Below are positions 38,311-47,813 of a stretch of 64,000 nucleotides of DNA, piece by piece (the first letter of the stretch is position 1; every line of letters begins with the position of its first letter). The notes below the pieces were generated by a model. It was not told the origin of the DNA, did not search any database, and was given only the letters and a program-made list of their open reading frames with translations. Both the position numbers and the translations under genes were made by a program. The stretch lies in NCBI GenBank assembly GCA_040768135.1, contig JAXGNF010000001.1, positions 16,257 through 80,256 of the forward strand, read 5' to 3'. The DNA comes from Thermoleophilia bacterium. Its GTDB lineage: Bacteria; Actinomycetota; Thermoleophilia; RBG-16-64-13.

Positions 38311-38326
38311 GTTCCGTATACGGAAC
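38311..38326. promoter_or_regulatory. 16-bp perfect palindrome GTTCCGTATACGGAAC in the GRE operon promoter region (candidate operator)
   Basis: Perfect inverted repeat ~55 nt upstream of the GRE start codon, flanked by an AT-rich TAATAT -10-like element and a partial repeat (gttctgtat). Confidence 0.45.
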
Positions 38327-38492
38327 AGTGTTCTGTATTCTGCCGTAACTATTCTTGCGGATTCCCAGAAGGTTGTCAAGCCAAACCCGCACAGCAGCAG
38401 CCTGAACGGCTTGGTGGGGGCCTCCGCCGTCCCCATCATCCTTTGTGCGAAAGGGAGACGCCAGTCGGCTATGAAGTGTGTGATTGATTGGG

Positions 38493-38771
38493 CTAGCCGC
38501 TACTGTGAAAGCGCGTCAGCAGCAACTCCCCGCCATTCTCTATCAGCCTCTCTTCGTCGTCGGGCCATTGGAGGCGATGGCCGTTCGTCATGAGCACCAC
38601 TGCGTAGTGCATCCTTCCCTGCTGATCAAAAAGCTCTTTGCCAAGGCGGGGATGGAGCCGGGCAAGTTCTCTAAGAGTTGAGGAGAGGGTCTGGCTGCCG
38701 CCCTCGATGTTGACGAGTTCGGAATCGACGAACCGGCGGAGATCGCCAATAAGCCTGACTCGTATAGCCAC
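38493..38771 (-). CDS. MoaD/ThiS-like beta-grasp family small protein
   Basis: 92 aa, MAIRVRLIGDLRRF...VVLMTNGHRL..., matching the MoaD-like pattern. It does not end in GG. Confidence 0.4.
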   Translation of the reverse strand: MAIRVRLIGDLRRFVDSELVNIEGGSQTLSSTLRELARLHPRLGKELFDQQGRMHYAVVLMTNGHRLQWPDDEERLIENGGELLLTRFHSSG

Positions 38772-38780
38772 CCGTGCCTC

Positions 38781-39620
38781 CTACGGCTGCCCTTCCGGGG
38801 GGCAGAGGCGTTCGTCGGCAAGCCGGTTGATTGCGGCCGCAGAGACATCAACTACTGCGGCTCCGCCATCGACGGGAATGCAGGCCGCCGTCAGAAAGCC
38901 CGCGTCGTCACCGGCGAGGAAGCTGCAGAGGCCCGCCATCTCCCGGGGACTAGACACTCGGCGCAGGGGAATATCGTGTGAGAAGGCTCGGAAAACCTCC
39001 TCCACGTCGATGTTACAGGCTTCCGCGAACGGTGTCATGCCGCTGACAAACATCTCGGTCTTGGTGGCGCCCGGGCACACCACATTGCAGCGTATGTTGT
39101 TCAATCCGAAATCGACGGCCACTTGTTTCGTGAGGCTTATAAGTCCGCCCTTCGACGCACAGTAGGCCGGCAGACCGGGGACTCCTAGCAGCCCGGCCAA
39201 CGAGGAGATATTGATGATGGAGCCTCCCCCAGCTTCGATCATGTGAGGGATGACCGCTTTCATCATCAGGAAGGGCCCGGTGAGGTTTGCGGCCATGACC
39301 CGGTCCCACACAACGGGGTCGAGGTCGACCACGGTGTTCATGGGTTGTTCCATCCCGGCGTTGTTGACAAGGATGTGGAGGCCCTCTCCGAACGACAGAG
39401 CGGTCTCAACCACACGGTCTACGCCACCTGGGTCGGTCACGTCGGCCGCACAGGTCTTAATCTGTTCGACCGGAAGGGCGCCTGCCGTCGCCGCCAGCAT
39501 CTCGGGTCTACGACCTGTGATGCAGACTCTGGCTCCGTCTGATACAAAACGAGCGGCGATGGCTCTCCCGATACCGGTGCCCCCTCCGGTGATGATCGCC
39601 ACCTTGCCGCTCAGACCCAC
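38781..39620 (-). CDS. SDR family oxidoreductase
   Basis: ITGGGTGIGRAIA motif with YxxxK. Confidence 0.8.
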   Translation of the reverse strand: MGLSGKVAIITGGGTGIGRAIAARFVSDGARVCITGRRPEMLAATAGALPVEQIKTCAADVTDPGGVDRVVETALSFGEGLHILVNNAGMEQPMNTVVDLDPVVWDRVMAANLTGPFLMMKAVIPHMIEAGGGSIINISSLAGLLGVPGLPAYCASKGGLISLTKQVAVDFGLNNIRCNVVCPGATKTEMFVSGMTPFAEACNIDVEEVFRAFSHDIPLRRVSSPREMAGLCSFLAGDDAGFLTAACIPVDGGAAVVDVSAAAINRLADERLCPPEGQP

Positions 39621-39708
39621 GCCTTTGCCTCCCGGTTCTCGACCGGTCGAGTCTTCATTGGGTAGCGGGCTTCACGTCTAGACCGGACGGTAATGGTTGT
39701 GGACGGTC

Positions 39709-39984
39709 TCACGAACGCCGTTCGACATGCTCTATATACAAGTCTCCGCCGCGTTGCACTACACGTAGGGTGTCGGGATATAACTTACGCACAGTATTGC
39801 GAAAGCTTGTAAGAGCCGACTTCAGGCTCACGTCTCCCAGTTCGATCTTCACTGCTTTGGTATCCTTATGTTCTTGCAGGAAGAGGTATATCGCCTCAAC
39901 GGTGGCCGTATATTTACTCTTCTTGAGACCCCGTGTTGCCTCCGGAACAATTGCCGGTACGAAGTCAAATGGCTCAGCTGCCAT
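39709..39984 (-). CDS. Hypothetical small protein in a locally lower-GC segment
   Basis: 91-aa ORF; GC is visibly lower across ~39700-40210. Confidence 0.3.
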   Translation of the reverse strand: MAAEPFDFVPAIVPEATRGLKKSKYTATVEAIYLFLQEHKDTKAVKIELGDVSLKSALTSFRNTVRKLYPDTLRVVQRGGDLYIEHVERRS

Positions 39985-40216
39985 TCCTCTCAGCTCCTTT
40001 CGATTGGTCTCCGAGGATCAACTAGATATTCACCTTATTCTATCACTCAGCATGTATCGATATCCGGTCTTAACGACCTACCACCGTGTACGCGACCAGA
40101 TTCTATGATTGCTCTGAGCCATCGGTGAACAGAGGTTAGCCTAGGCTAGACCCAGGCTTACAAACCCCTCGTGCTAAGAGGGCAGGGTAGGGGTGTCGCG
40201 CGGGGGAGACGTTATG

Positions 40217-41668
40217 CTACTTACCCATGTATGCGAGCGCGCTCCTACCGGCGATCCGCCCGGAGTTGAGGGCGAAAGCCGAAGCCAGACCCGAAGAACC
40301 TTTGATCGGATAGCTGTCACCGTACATGCCCCCGACATCGAATCCTCCTGCGTACAAACCGGGGATGACGTCGTCCTTTTTGTCGAGTACTTCCAGCCTA
40401 CCGGTGACTCTTAGGCCGCCCATAGTGCCTAGGAAAACGGTGCGGGCCCGAGTTGCGTAGAACTGGGGGCCGGTCAATGGTCGCAGGTATCGGGGATCCT
40501 TCGCGAAAAGCTCGTCATACCCTTGAGCGCAGTACCGGTTGTATTCGTCCACTGTGGCTGTGAGTGTAGCCGGGTCGATCTCCAGCTGTGAGGCGAGTTC
40601 CGCGAGCGAGTCGGCTGCAAACACCTCGGTGCTCTTGTTGTCTAGCGCCGCCTGTATCTCTCGGCGCAGCTCTGTCAACTTGAAGCCCGGAGGGAAGTCC
40701 ATCCCCACCCCTCTGTCCAAACCTCGCTCCTCCAGACGGTCTATGATCGAATCGTCGAAGATACTGTAGGTGTAGCCGTCGCTCTTGTAACGGCCCTGCG
40801 CGTTGCCGACGGGGGTGTCCCAGAAGGTGATGGCCTCGTCGCAAAACCTTTTGCCGCGGGATGTGACCCACAGGTCGGGTTGCGCTGAGGCCTGCTCCAG
40901 TTGGCAGCCCATGGCGAACTCATCCCCGACCGGAGCAACCCGGAACATTTCGATGGTGCCGACTCCCTCTTCGGCTGCCCCAAGTTCCCAGGCCATCCGC
41001 AGGCCGTCACCGGTCTTGCCGGTGTTACCGACCGGGAAAAGATTGACTCCGAGCTCGTAACCCGTGTAGCGCTTCACCCACTCTTTGTTGTTCGCATATC
41101 CGCCGCTGGCGATCACCACGGCCTTGACGGCCACGTCCATCTCTTCGTCATCGGAGTTGACGATGACGCCGGAGATACGCCCGCCTTCTCTTAAGAGGGC
41201 GACGACCGGCGTCCCCGGCATGAATACCACGCCCTTACTCTTAGCCTTGTCGACCAAAGCCTTCACGACCGCCTCGCCTTTGCCCTTGATGACATGGTAG
41301 GTGAGCGGTGAGTCGGGCATGTTGATCGTGGCGTCGGTGAAGACCACCCCTTGATCCTGCAGCCAGCGGATAGTGGGACCGGACTCGTTGATGATCGCTC
41401 TTACCAAATGAGGGTTAGCCCGCCAGTGGCTGGAGTCCATCGTGGCCTTGAAGCATTGGTCACGGGTATAGTCGACGTAGCGTGCGCGTTGCATGTCGCT
41501 CTCGACGGCGAAGGTACCCTGGAAGAAATTGGAGGTGCCTCCCAGAGATCGCTGTTTCTCAAATACAACGACTTTCGCTCCGCCTTCGGCCAAAGTGAGG
41601 GCGGCCGCCAGACCGGTAGCGCCGGAACCGACGACAGCAACATCGGCGTCTGCAGGTACTTCGCTCAT
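40217..41668 (-). CDS. FAD-dependent oxidoreductase, fumarate reductase/KstD-like flavoprotein family (FAD_binding_2)
   Basis: N-terminal VAVVGSGATGLAAALTLAEGG...E dinucleotide fold and a C-terminal flavoprotein domain; 483 aa. Confidence 0.7.
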   Translation of the reverse strand: MSEVPADADVAVVGSGATGLAAALTLAEGGAKVVVFEKQRSLGGTSNFFQGTFAVESDMQRARYVDYTRDQCFKATMDSSHWRANPHLVRAIINESGPTIRWLQDQGVVFTDATINMPDSPLTYHVIKGKGEAVVKALVDKAKSKGVVFMPGTPVVALLREGGRISGVIVNSDDEEMDVAVKAVVIASGGYANNKEWVKRYTGYELGVNLFPVGNTGKTGDGLRMAWELGAAEEGVGTIEMFRVAPVGDEFAMGCQLEQASAQPDLWVTSRGKRFCDEAITFWDTPVGNAQGRYKSDGYTYSIFDDSIIDRLEERGLDRGVGMDFPPGFKLTELRREIQAALDNKSTEVFAADSLAELASQLEIDPATLTATVDEYNRYCAQGYDELFAKDPRYLRPLTGPQFYATRARTVFLGTMGGLRVTGRLEVLDKKDDVIPGLYAGGFDVGGMYGDSYPIKGSSGLASAFALNSGRIAGRSALAYMGK

Positions 41669-41681
41669 CTAGGCCCCTTTC

Positions 41682-43796
41682 TCAGTAGCTGCCCCAGAAC
41701 TTGACGGTCTTGATTTTGAGCCGTAGGTCGCATTGTAGACAGCGGGCCGACTCGTAGACCGCAGTTTCTTCATCCATACCCAAGACGACCTCGCAGAAGC
41801 CGCCCAAACGCTCTTCGGGCGGTACGCATGTCTCCTGAGCCCGTCTCAAAGCGGCAAAATCCTCATCCGGCCCGAGCCAGGGGTCTGGCTCCGCCTGCGG
41901 GGTCGGCCGCCTGTCGATGCGGCCGCTGCCTCCCAAGAATTTGTCCACCGCTATCGCCGCCTGTCTTCCCGAAGCGATCGCCTTGATCGCCGACGCGGTG
42001 CCCGACACCGCGTCTCCCGCGGCGAACACTCCCTCTCGGCTCGTTGACCCGGTGAAGGGGTCCACCTCGAGAAGACCGCCGTCCGTCTTGTCCAGGTCGA
42101 AGTCAACGGGTGCATCCGGTCGCTGGCCCACGGCGAAGATGACGGTGTCGGCGGCAACGACATGGGTCGAATCCTCGACCGTAGTGATCTGCGGCAGGCC
42201 ATCGTCGTCGAAGCAGAAGTTCTCCACATTGAGGAACTCCACGCCGGAGACCCTGCCGTCGTTGGTCAGGATGCGCGTAGAGGTATGCGATGGCGCAATG
42301 GATATTCCCTCGTCTTCACCTTGCTCGATCTCGTCGGCGCCGGCGGGCATGTCAGGCCTGCATTCGAGACAAGCAATGAGCACTTCTTTCGCTCCCAAGC
42401 GGCGGGCTACACGGGCGCAATCGAAGGCCACGTTGCCACCGCCAAGAACGACGACCCGCTCTCCCACATCAGGATGGTCGCCCATGTTCACCGCTCGCAG
42501 GAGGTCTACACCGACGAGGGTTCCCTTGCTGTTCGCACCGGGGATGCGCAGCTTCTGACCTTTGTGTGCTCCGATGGCGACAACTACTGCGTCGTAGCCG
42601 TCCCGGAAAAGCCCGTCGATCGAGTCCACCGGAGTCCCGGTTCTTATGATTACCCCGGCGGCCTCGATGTCATCGATCTCAGTCTCGAGCACGGCTCGTG
42701 GAAGCCGGTACTCAGGAACACCGTAGCGTAGCATCCCTCCCGCTTCGGGGAGAGGCTCGAAAACGGTCACGGCGTGGCCTTGGAGACAGAGGTAATAGGC
42801 GGCGCTGAGCCCCGCCGGTCCAGAGCCGAGCACGGCCACCTTCTTCTCCGAAGGAGGTGCGGGGGTTGCGCTCTCTCTCCATGTGCCGGTTGAATCGTGC
42901 TCAGCAGCGAAGCGTTTGAGTTCTCGGATAGATATCGGATCATTTATTTCGCCTCGGCGGCACACCGTTTCACAGGGATGGTCGCAGATATAGCCGAGCA
43001 CTCCGGGGAAGGGGACCTTCTCGCGGATTACGGCGACGGCCCTGGCGTAATCGCCCTCCTTGACGGCGCGGATGTATCGAGGGACGTCGATTTCGGCTGG
43101 GCAGGTGCTCCTGCAGGGCACGAGAACGGCTTTGCGGTTCTGGTTCTGTAGCAACTCCTCTTTGTCTTGGATGGCGCCGGTGGGGCACACTTCGGCGCAG
43201 GCCCCGCAAAAACGGCATCCTGAGTCGGCCAGCGCTTCATTCTCAGGCGTCGAGATATACATCTCGCCTTGTCGTTTCTTGTAATAGAGGACACCCACCC
43301 CGCGCAGGTCAGAGCAGGCTCGGACGCAACGCCCGCAGAGTACGCACTTGTTAGGGTCATAGACAAAGAGCGGATCACTGCTCCTTAAGGGAAGGAGCCT
43401 CGGGTGTCGCTTGACGCGCAGCTCTTCTACGCCGAGGTACTGCTTCAGCGACTGGAGTTCGCAGTTGAGATACTTCTGGCAACTCCCGCACTCGGGCGGG
43501 TGTCCGACAAGGAGCAGTTCCATGGCGAGCCGCCGCAGCCGCGTGATTTGGTCCGATTGGGTGCGAACCACCATCCCCTCGGCTACCAGTGTGGCGCACG
43601 ACGCGGTCACGCCTTTGACGCCGTCGACCTCCACTATGCACAACCGGCAGCCACCCCCGGGAGGCAGATCCGGATGGTGGCAGAGGTGGGGCACGTAGAT
43701 CCCGGCTTCCAGGGCCGCGTCGAGGATGCTCGTGCCGGCCGGGACGGTCAGGTCATTGCCGTCGATGGCGAAGGTGATGGTGCTCGAGTCGGTCAT
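41682..43796 (-). CDS. Fe-S flavoprotein: [2Fe-2S]/[4Fe-4S] HydA/NuoG-N-terminus-like domains fused to a GltD-like (glutamate synthase small chain/NfnB-like) FAD/NAD(P)H oxidoreductase
   Basis: Has CHHPDLPPGGGCRLC and the 4Fe-4S motifs CVLCGRCVRAC and CRFCGACAEVCP. The GltD-like Fe-S region is followed by a VAVLGSGPAG...AAGD Rossmann domain. Confidence 0.75.
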   Translation of the reverse strand: MTDSSTITFAIDGNDLTVPAGTSILDAALEAGIYVPHLCHHPDLPPGGGCRLCIVEVDGVKGVTASCATLVAEGMVVRTQSDQITRLRRLAMELLLVGHPPECGSCQKYLNCELQSLKQYLGVEELRVKRHPRLLPLRSSDPLFVYDPNKCVLCGRCVRACSDLRGVGVLYYKKRQGEMYISTPENEALADSGCRFCGACAEVCPTGAIQDKEELLQNQNRKAVLVPCRSTCPAEIDVPRYIRAVKEGDYARAVAVIREKVPFPGVLGYICDHPCETVCRRGEINDPISIRELKRFAAEHDSTGTWRESATPAPPSEKKVAVLGSGPAGLSAAYYLCLQGHAVTVFEPLPEAGGMLRYGVPEYRLPRAVLETEIDDIEAAGVIIRTGTPVDSIDGLFRDGYDAVVVAIGAHKGQKLRIPGANSKGTLVGVDLLRAVNMGDHPDVGERVVVLGGGNVAFDCARVARRLGAKEVLIACLECRPDMPAGADEIEQGEDEGISIAPSHTSTRILTNDGRVSGVEFLNVENFCFDDDGLPQITTVEDSTHVVAADTVIFAVGQRPDAPVDFDLDKTDGGLLEVDPFTGSTSREGVFAAGDAVSGTASAIKAIASGRQAAIAVDKFLGGSGRIDRRPTPQAEPDPWLGPDEDFAALRRAQETCVPPEERLGGFCEVVLGMDEETAVYESARCLQCDLRLKIKTVKFWGSY

Positions 43797-44962
43797 GCGC
43801 CTCCCTCCGCATGTGGTCCACCCTCGACATCAGGGCGGAAGTCCTCTGGGAACAGCTTGAGAGCGCTCAACACCGGGATGGAGGCATTCCGTCCTATACC
43901 ACAGATACTGCTCATCAGCATGGCTTCGGCAAGCTCTTGCAGCAATTCGAATTGTTCGTCGGTCGCGTCTCTTTCGGCCAAGTCCTTCAAAACCTCAAGC
44001 AGTTGCCTGGATCCTTCGCGACAGAAAACACACACACCGCACGACTGGTCGTGTAAGTACGCGGTTGCGCGCATAGCCATGTCGAGGGCAGATCGGTGCC
44101 CCCGAAAGACTTGAAGACCCCAGGAGCCGACGGCAGGTGCTCCTTGGTCGTGGTCCTCGTAGGAGATGGGGAGATGGAGGTCCTCTCCGCTCAAGAAGGG
44201 ACCTGAGGCACCGCCGGATTGCACCGCTTTGAGGTCTAAGTCGCCCACCGGCCGGCCTTCTGCCTGCTCGAGTACGGAGGCGATGGTAGTTCCCAATGGC
44301 ACTTCTAGGATGCACGGGTGGGCTACGTCCCCGTGGACCGCGACGATCCTGGTCATCCCGCGTGTGGTGGATTCTCCTGAGGGATGGTCTCCAAAGATCT
44401 CCCCTAAAGCGGCTACCGTCTCGATGCTCACAACGAGAGTAGGTGCTCCATGGACTCCTCGCACGTCTGCGTCGTCGCGGAGGTAGGGGAGTGGTTGTCT
44501 GTTCTCCAGCGAGCGGATGAGGGCGGTGTCTTCGGCGGCCACGAGGGAAGTAGGAACCCTCTGCGTCGAGAGGCTGCAGTCGAACCGTGCCTCGTTTCCT
44601 TCACTCCAAGAAAAGCCGTGTCGCCGCCTCTGTTCAAACGCGCGGTCAAGAGCCGCTATCTCGTCCGTATACTCGGTGTTCACGCACACGGAGCACTGGG
44701 TGGCACCCATCGCGTAGGCGGCAAGGAACAATCCGTCCAACACCATCTCGGGTCGACTGTTGAGCAGGAATTTAGCGATGGGTACCCGCCTGTCACCATC
44801 CACTGCGTTGCAGACGAGATGCTTGGTTTGTCCTTCGGCCTCGCGGCAGCTCTGCAATCGGGATACGAGTGAGCGACCGGCGCCTCTCCCTGCTAATGGC
44901 TCAACCTCACGCAATCGTATGATGATGTCCTCTGGACTCAGCTTCAAAGCACGTCCGTTCAC
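43793..44962 (-). CDS. NuoF-like (complex I 51 kDa family) protein with divergent nucleotide/FMN motifs
   Basis: Conserved C-terminal [4Fe-4S] motif SCGVCVFCREG....SICGIG. The N-terminal GRGAGRS loop is diverged from the canonical Gly-rich NADH motif (canonical sequence recalled from memory). Confidence 0.65.
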   Translation of the reverse strand: MNGRALKLSPEDIIIRLREVEPLAGRGAGRSLVSRLQSCREAEGQTKHLVCNAVDGDRRVPIAKFLLNSRPEMVLDGLFLAAYAMGATQCSVCVNTEYTDEIAALDRAFEQRRRHGFSWSEGNEARFDCSLSTQRVPTSLVAAEDTALIRSLENRQPLPYLRDDADVRGVHGAPTLVVSIETVAALGEIFGDHPSGESTTRGMTRIVAVHGDVAHPCILEVPLGTTIASVLEQAEGRPVGDLDLKAVQSGGASGPFLSGEDLHLPISYEDHDQGAPAVGSWGLQVFRGHRSALDMAMRATAYLHDQSCGVCVFCREGSRQLLEVLKDLAERDATDEQFELLQELAEAMLMSSICGIGRNASIPVLSALKLFPEDFRPDVEGGPHAEGGA

Positions 44963-46350
44963 AACTGCGGCTTAGGGGCCAAGCGGGGTATCTTCTCTAC
45001 GTCGACTTGGTCGTTGCGTTCGACTTGAAGGTAGGGGAAGCGGGCTACTGTTGCACGGATCTCCTTTTGCCGCCACCCGGGAGTACCCCAGACTACGACA
45101 ATCTCGGTGCCGATTCGGGCCAGATCCCTCTCAACGAAACCAAGGGAGATCATGCGCCGGTAGGTCTGACTCACGGCGCGGCCCGACGAGAAGCCTACCT
45201 CGCGGTCGTTCTTCATCACCTTGTCCGCATGGTAGGTGAAGGCGCGGATCTCGCCGGTCTTCTGATCAAGAGTGCCCGGGTCGTAGCGGATGTCGTTGGG
45301 CCGGTCGGAGATAGGCTCATACGGTTCCTCGTCACGGAACTGCGAAGCGTATACGTCGGCTACGTCTTCGGTGTTCCATTCGAGGGTGACGACCGTGCGC
45401 CGCGGTGCCTTAGCCATCTCTTGGAGGGCCTCTTTGCCGACGAAATCATGGTCCCATTTGATGCGGTTCTCCCAGCCCGTATCGAACGGGGTGACGTATC
45501 GTGCCTGGATGTCGTCACCCATGCTCCCAAAGAGACGCGGCCGGTAATGCATCCAGCCGGCACCAGGGCGGGCGTCTAAGTACGCTGCGAAGCCGGCGTC
45601 TTCGTACCAGGGATACGGGAAGTGGTAGTTGGCCTGGGGGAAGCCGTCTTCCGTGTGGTTGAGCATATACGCGATTTGGCCCAGCTTCTGCAAACCGTAG
45701 CTCCGGCCCGCATCCCAGATGGCGTTGTAGACGCTTTGGCCGTCGGCGACGTCACCGTGCACCTCGTAGGCGAGCGACCCGGCCATACCTAAACGGAAGA
45801 TTCGCACCGTGGCGCTTCCGATCCTCGCCGGGCGGTGGCGTCCGAACGCGATGTCGTGAAGATCGGCGTCTGCCGCCCGCTCCAAGATCTCCAAAGAACG
45901 GGGTCCCGCTACCTGGAATAGAAAACGTTTGCCTGTCAGGTCTTCGCCCGCCGCGTCGTAGGAGCCCATAGAGAGTGCATAGTCAACGTATTGTCCGAGC
46001 CAGCAAGTGTAGAACTCGTCCTCGGCAAACCGCATTATCACACCGTCGATCATGATTCGGCCCAGCGTATCGCAGGCAATACCATGCCGGAACCCGCCCA
46101 CCGGCATGTTGGAGAAGTCATTGACGAAGTGCTCGCTGAAGAAGCGTTCAGCGTCGGGGCCTCTCACCACGTACATGGGGCCCCACGTTATTGCCGCTCC
46201 GAGATAGGCGCTGTTCTTCCACGATTGTGACTCAACGCGCCAGCCATCGAACTCCATGGGTCCCAGCAAAGGTCCCAGCATAGCGAAGCCGGTGACGTCA
46301 CCGTGGTAGGGGATGGCCGGGTTGAAGGGGAGCAGAGTGGGCTCATTCAT
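44959..46350 (-). CDS. Aminomethyltransferase (GcvT) family folate-binding protein (LigM/DmdA-like tetrahydrofolate-dependent demethylase family)
   Basis: 463 aa with a GcvT-like domain pattern; 4-nt overlap with the NuoF-like gene. Confidence 0.55.
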   Translation of the reverse strand: MNEPTLLPFNPAIPYHGDVTGFAMLGPLLGPMEFDGWRVESQSWKNSAYLGAAITWGPMYVVRGPDAERFFSEHFVNDFSNMPVGGFRHGIACDTLGRIMIDGVIMRFAEDEFYTCWLGQYVDYALSMGSYDAAGEDLTGKRFLFQVAGPRSLEILERAADADLHDIAFGRHRPARIGSATVRIFRLGMAGSLAYEVHGDVADGQSVYNAIWDAGRSYGLQKLGQIAYMLNHTEDGFPQANYHFPYPWYEDAGFAAYLDARPGAGWMHYRPRLFGSMGDDIQARYVTPFDTGWENRIKWDHDFVGKEALQEMAKAPRRTVVTLEWNTEDVADVYASQFRDEEPYEPISDRPNDIRYDPGTLDQKTGEIRAFTYHADKVMKNDREVGFSSGRAVSQTYRRMISLGFVERDLARIGTEIVVVWGTPGWRQKEIRATVARFPYLQVERNDQVDVEKIPRLAPKPQL

Positions 46351-46399
46351 GGCGCGCCTCCTTGTTCGTTCTCGTCTCCATCATCACGACGCTCCCACC

Positions 46400-46687
46400 C
46401 TACAGGGCCTGCACCCATTTGCCGATGTCCCCCGGCACGGCCATCAGAGGGTCGATCGCCGCTTCGAGAGTGCGGAAGTGGTCGGTTGAGAGGTGGTAGT
46501 CGAAAGCTTTCTCATCTTCGTAGCGCTCATAGAAGATGAACGTGTCGGGATCGTCTATTGACCGATGCAGGCTATACTCGATCGCCCCCGGGTCCCGCAT
46601 GACCTGAGGTTTCATGACTCGTACGGCCTCAAGAAACTCCTCGACCTTGTCGGCCTGTATTTTGACCTTAGCTGTGACTATCACCAT
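46400..46687 (-). CDS. Antibiotic biosynthesis monooxygenase (ABM) fold protein
   Basis: 95 aa ferredoxin-like ABM pattern (VIVTAKVKIQADKVEEFLEA...FIFYERYEDEKAFDYHLSTDHF). Confidence 0.55.
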   Translation of the reverse strand: MVIVTAKVKIQADKVEEFLEAVRVMKPQVMRDPGAIEYSLHRSIDDPDTFIFYERYEDEKAFDYHLSTDHFRTLEAAIDPLMAVPGDIGKWVQAL

Positions 46688-46755
46688 GGTGCTTCATACT
46701 CCTTGGGTAATGCGCGCCGTCTTCCCATAGGCCCGGATGGTGCGCGCTGGCGGAA

Positions 46756-47757
46756 CTACTTAAAATCGATACCGTAGCCCCTTGCATAGAACATGGTGGG
46801 GGCGGGCGTGAGCATCCGCCATACCTCGTCGCATGCTTCTAGGTCCCCAGCGCTTAGGGTCATATCAAGGGAACCGAGGTTCTCTTCCAGTTGGGCGACC
46901 GAGGAGACTCCACAGACGATAGAACTCACCAAAGGATTGGCCAGCATCCAGGCCAGCGAAAACTGAGAGAGACTTCTCTTACCGGCTATCTCTTGCAAGC
47001 GGCTTACTGCCTGGAAGTATCGGGGCTGCCACGTGGACGGATATGGCCTTACCCCCTCTGGCGGCGGTTCGCCTGGGTCGTACGCCAGGTATCGGCCCGA
47101 CAGCATCCCGCCCGCCAACGCTCCCCATACGTTGATGCCGACCCCCTCGGCCTCGCATAGCCTAGTCATCTCTAACTCGGCGTCGCGGGCTACGAGGTTG
47201 TAGACTATCTGGACGCAGTCGATACCCGCTAGGCCCTTTTTGTCTGCATACCACAAAGCTTTGCAGACCTGCCAGGCGTAGTAGTTGGAGAGACCGACAT
47301 AGAGGACCTTGCCCTGCCGGACCAGGTCATCGAGAGCCTCCAACGATTCTTCGAGCGGTGTCTCATAGTCGGGCTCGTGGAGGTAGTAGATGTCTATGTA
47401 GTCGGTCTGCAGACGACGCAGACTCTCATGGATTCCCTCGAAGATATGCTTGCGGCTCAAGCCGCGGTCGTTGGCGCCCGGTCCGGTAATGGCTGCCACT
47501 TTGCTCGCTAGGACGACCGAGGAGCGCCGTCCCCGGAGAGACCGTCCCACTATCTCCTCGGCGGGTCCTCTTTCTGGAGTGTCCCAGCGTTCTTTGCCGT
47601 AGATGTCGGCGGTGTCAATGCAGTTGATGCCGGCAGCAAGGGCTCTGTCGATGATCTTGGCGGCCGTGGGTTCATCCACCTTGTTGCCAAACCACAAGGT
47701 GCCGAGTGTGAGCGCCGACACTTTGAGACCCGACCTGCCCATCCTTCTGTACTGCAT
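46756..47757 (-). CDS. Aldo/keto reductase
   Basis: Starts MQYRRMGRSGLKVSALTLGTLWFG...DTADIYG. Confidence 0.85.
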   Translation of the reverse strand: MQYRRMGRSGLKVSALTLGTLWFGNKVDEPTAAKIIDRALAAGINCIDTADIYGKERWDTPERGPAEEIVGRSLRGRRSSVVLASKVAAITGPGANDRGLSRKHIFEGIHESLRRLQTDYIDIYYLHEPDYETPLEESLEALDDLVRQGKVLYVGLSNYYAWQVCKALWYADKKGLAGIDCVQIVYNLVARDAELEMTRLCEAEGVGINVWGALAGGMLSGRYLAYDPGEPPPEGVRPYPSTWQPRYFQAVSRLQEIAGKRSLSQFSLAWMLANPLVSSIVCGVSSVAQLEENLGSLDMTLSAGDLEACDEVWRMLTPAPTMFYARGYGIDFK

Positions 47758-47813
47758 CTTCTACCTCACCATGTCCCATGCACGCGGCGACGTTGGTCCC
47801 GGCACCGCTTCCC

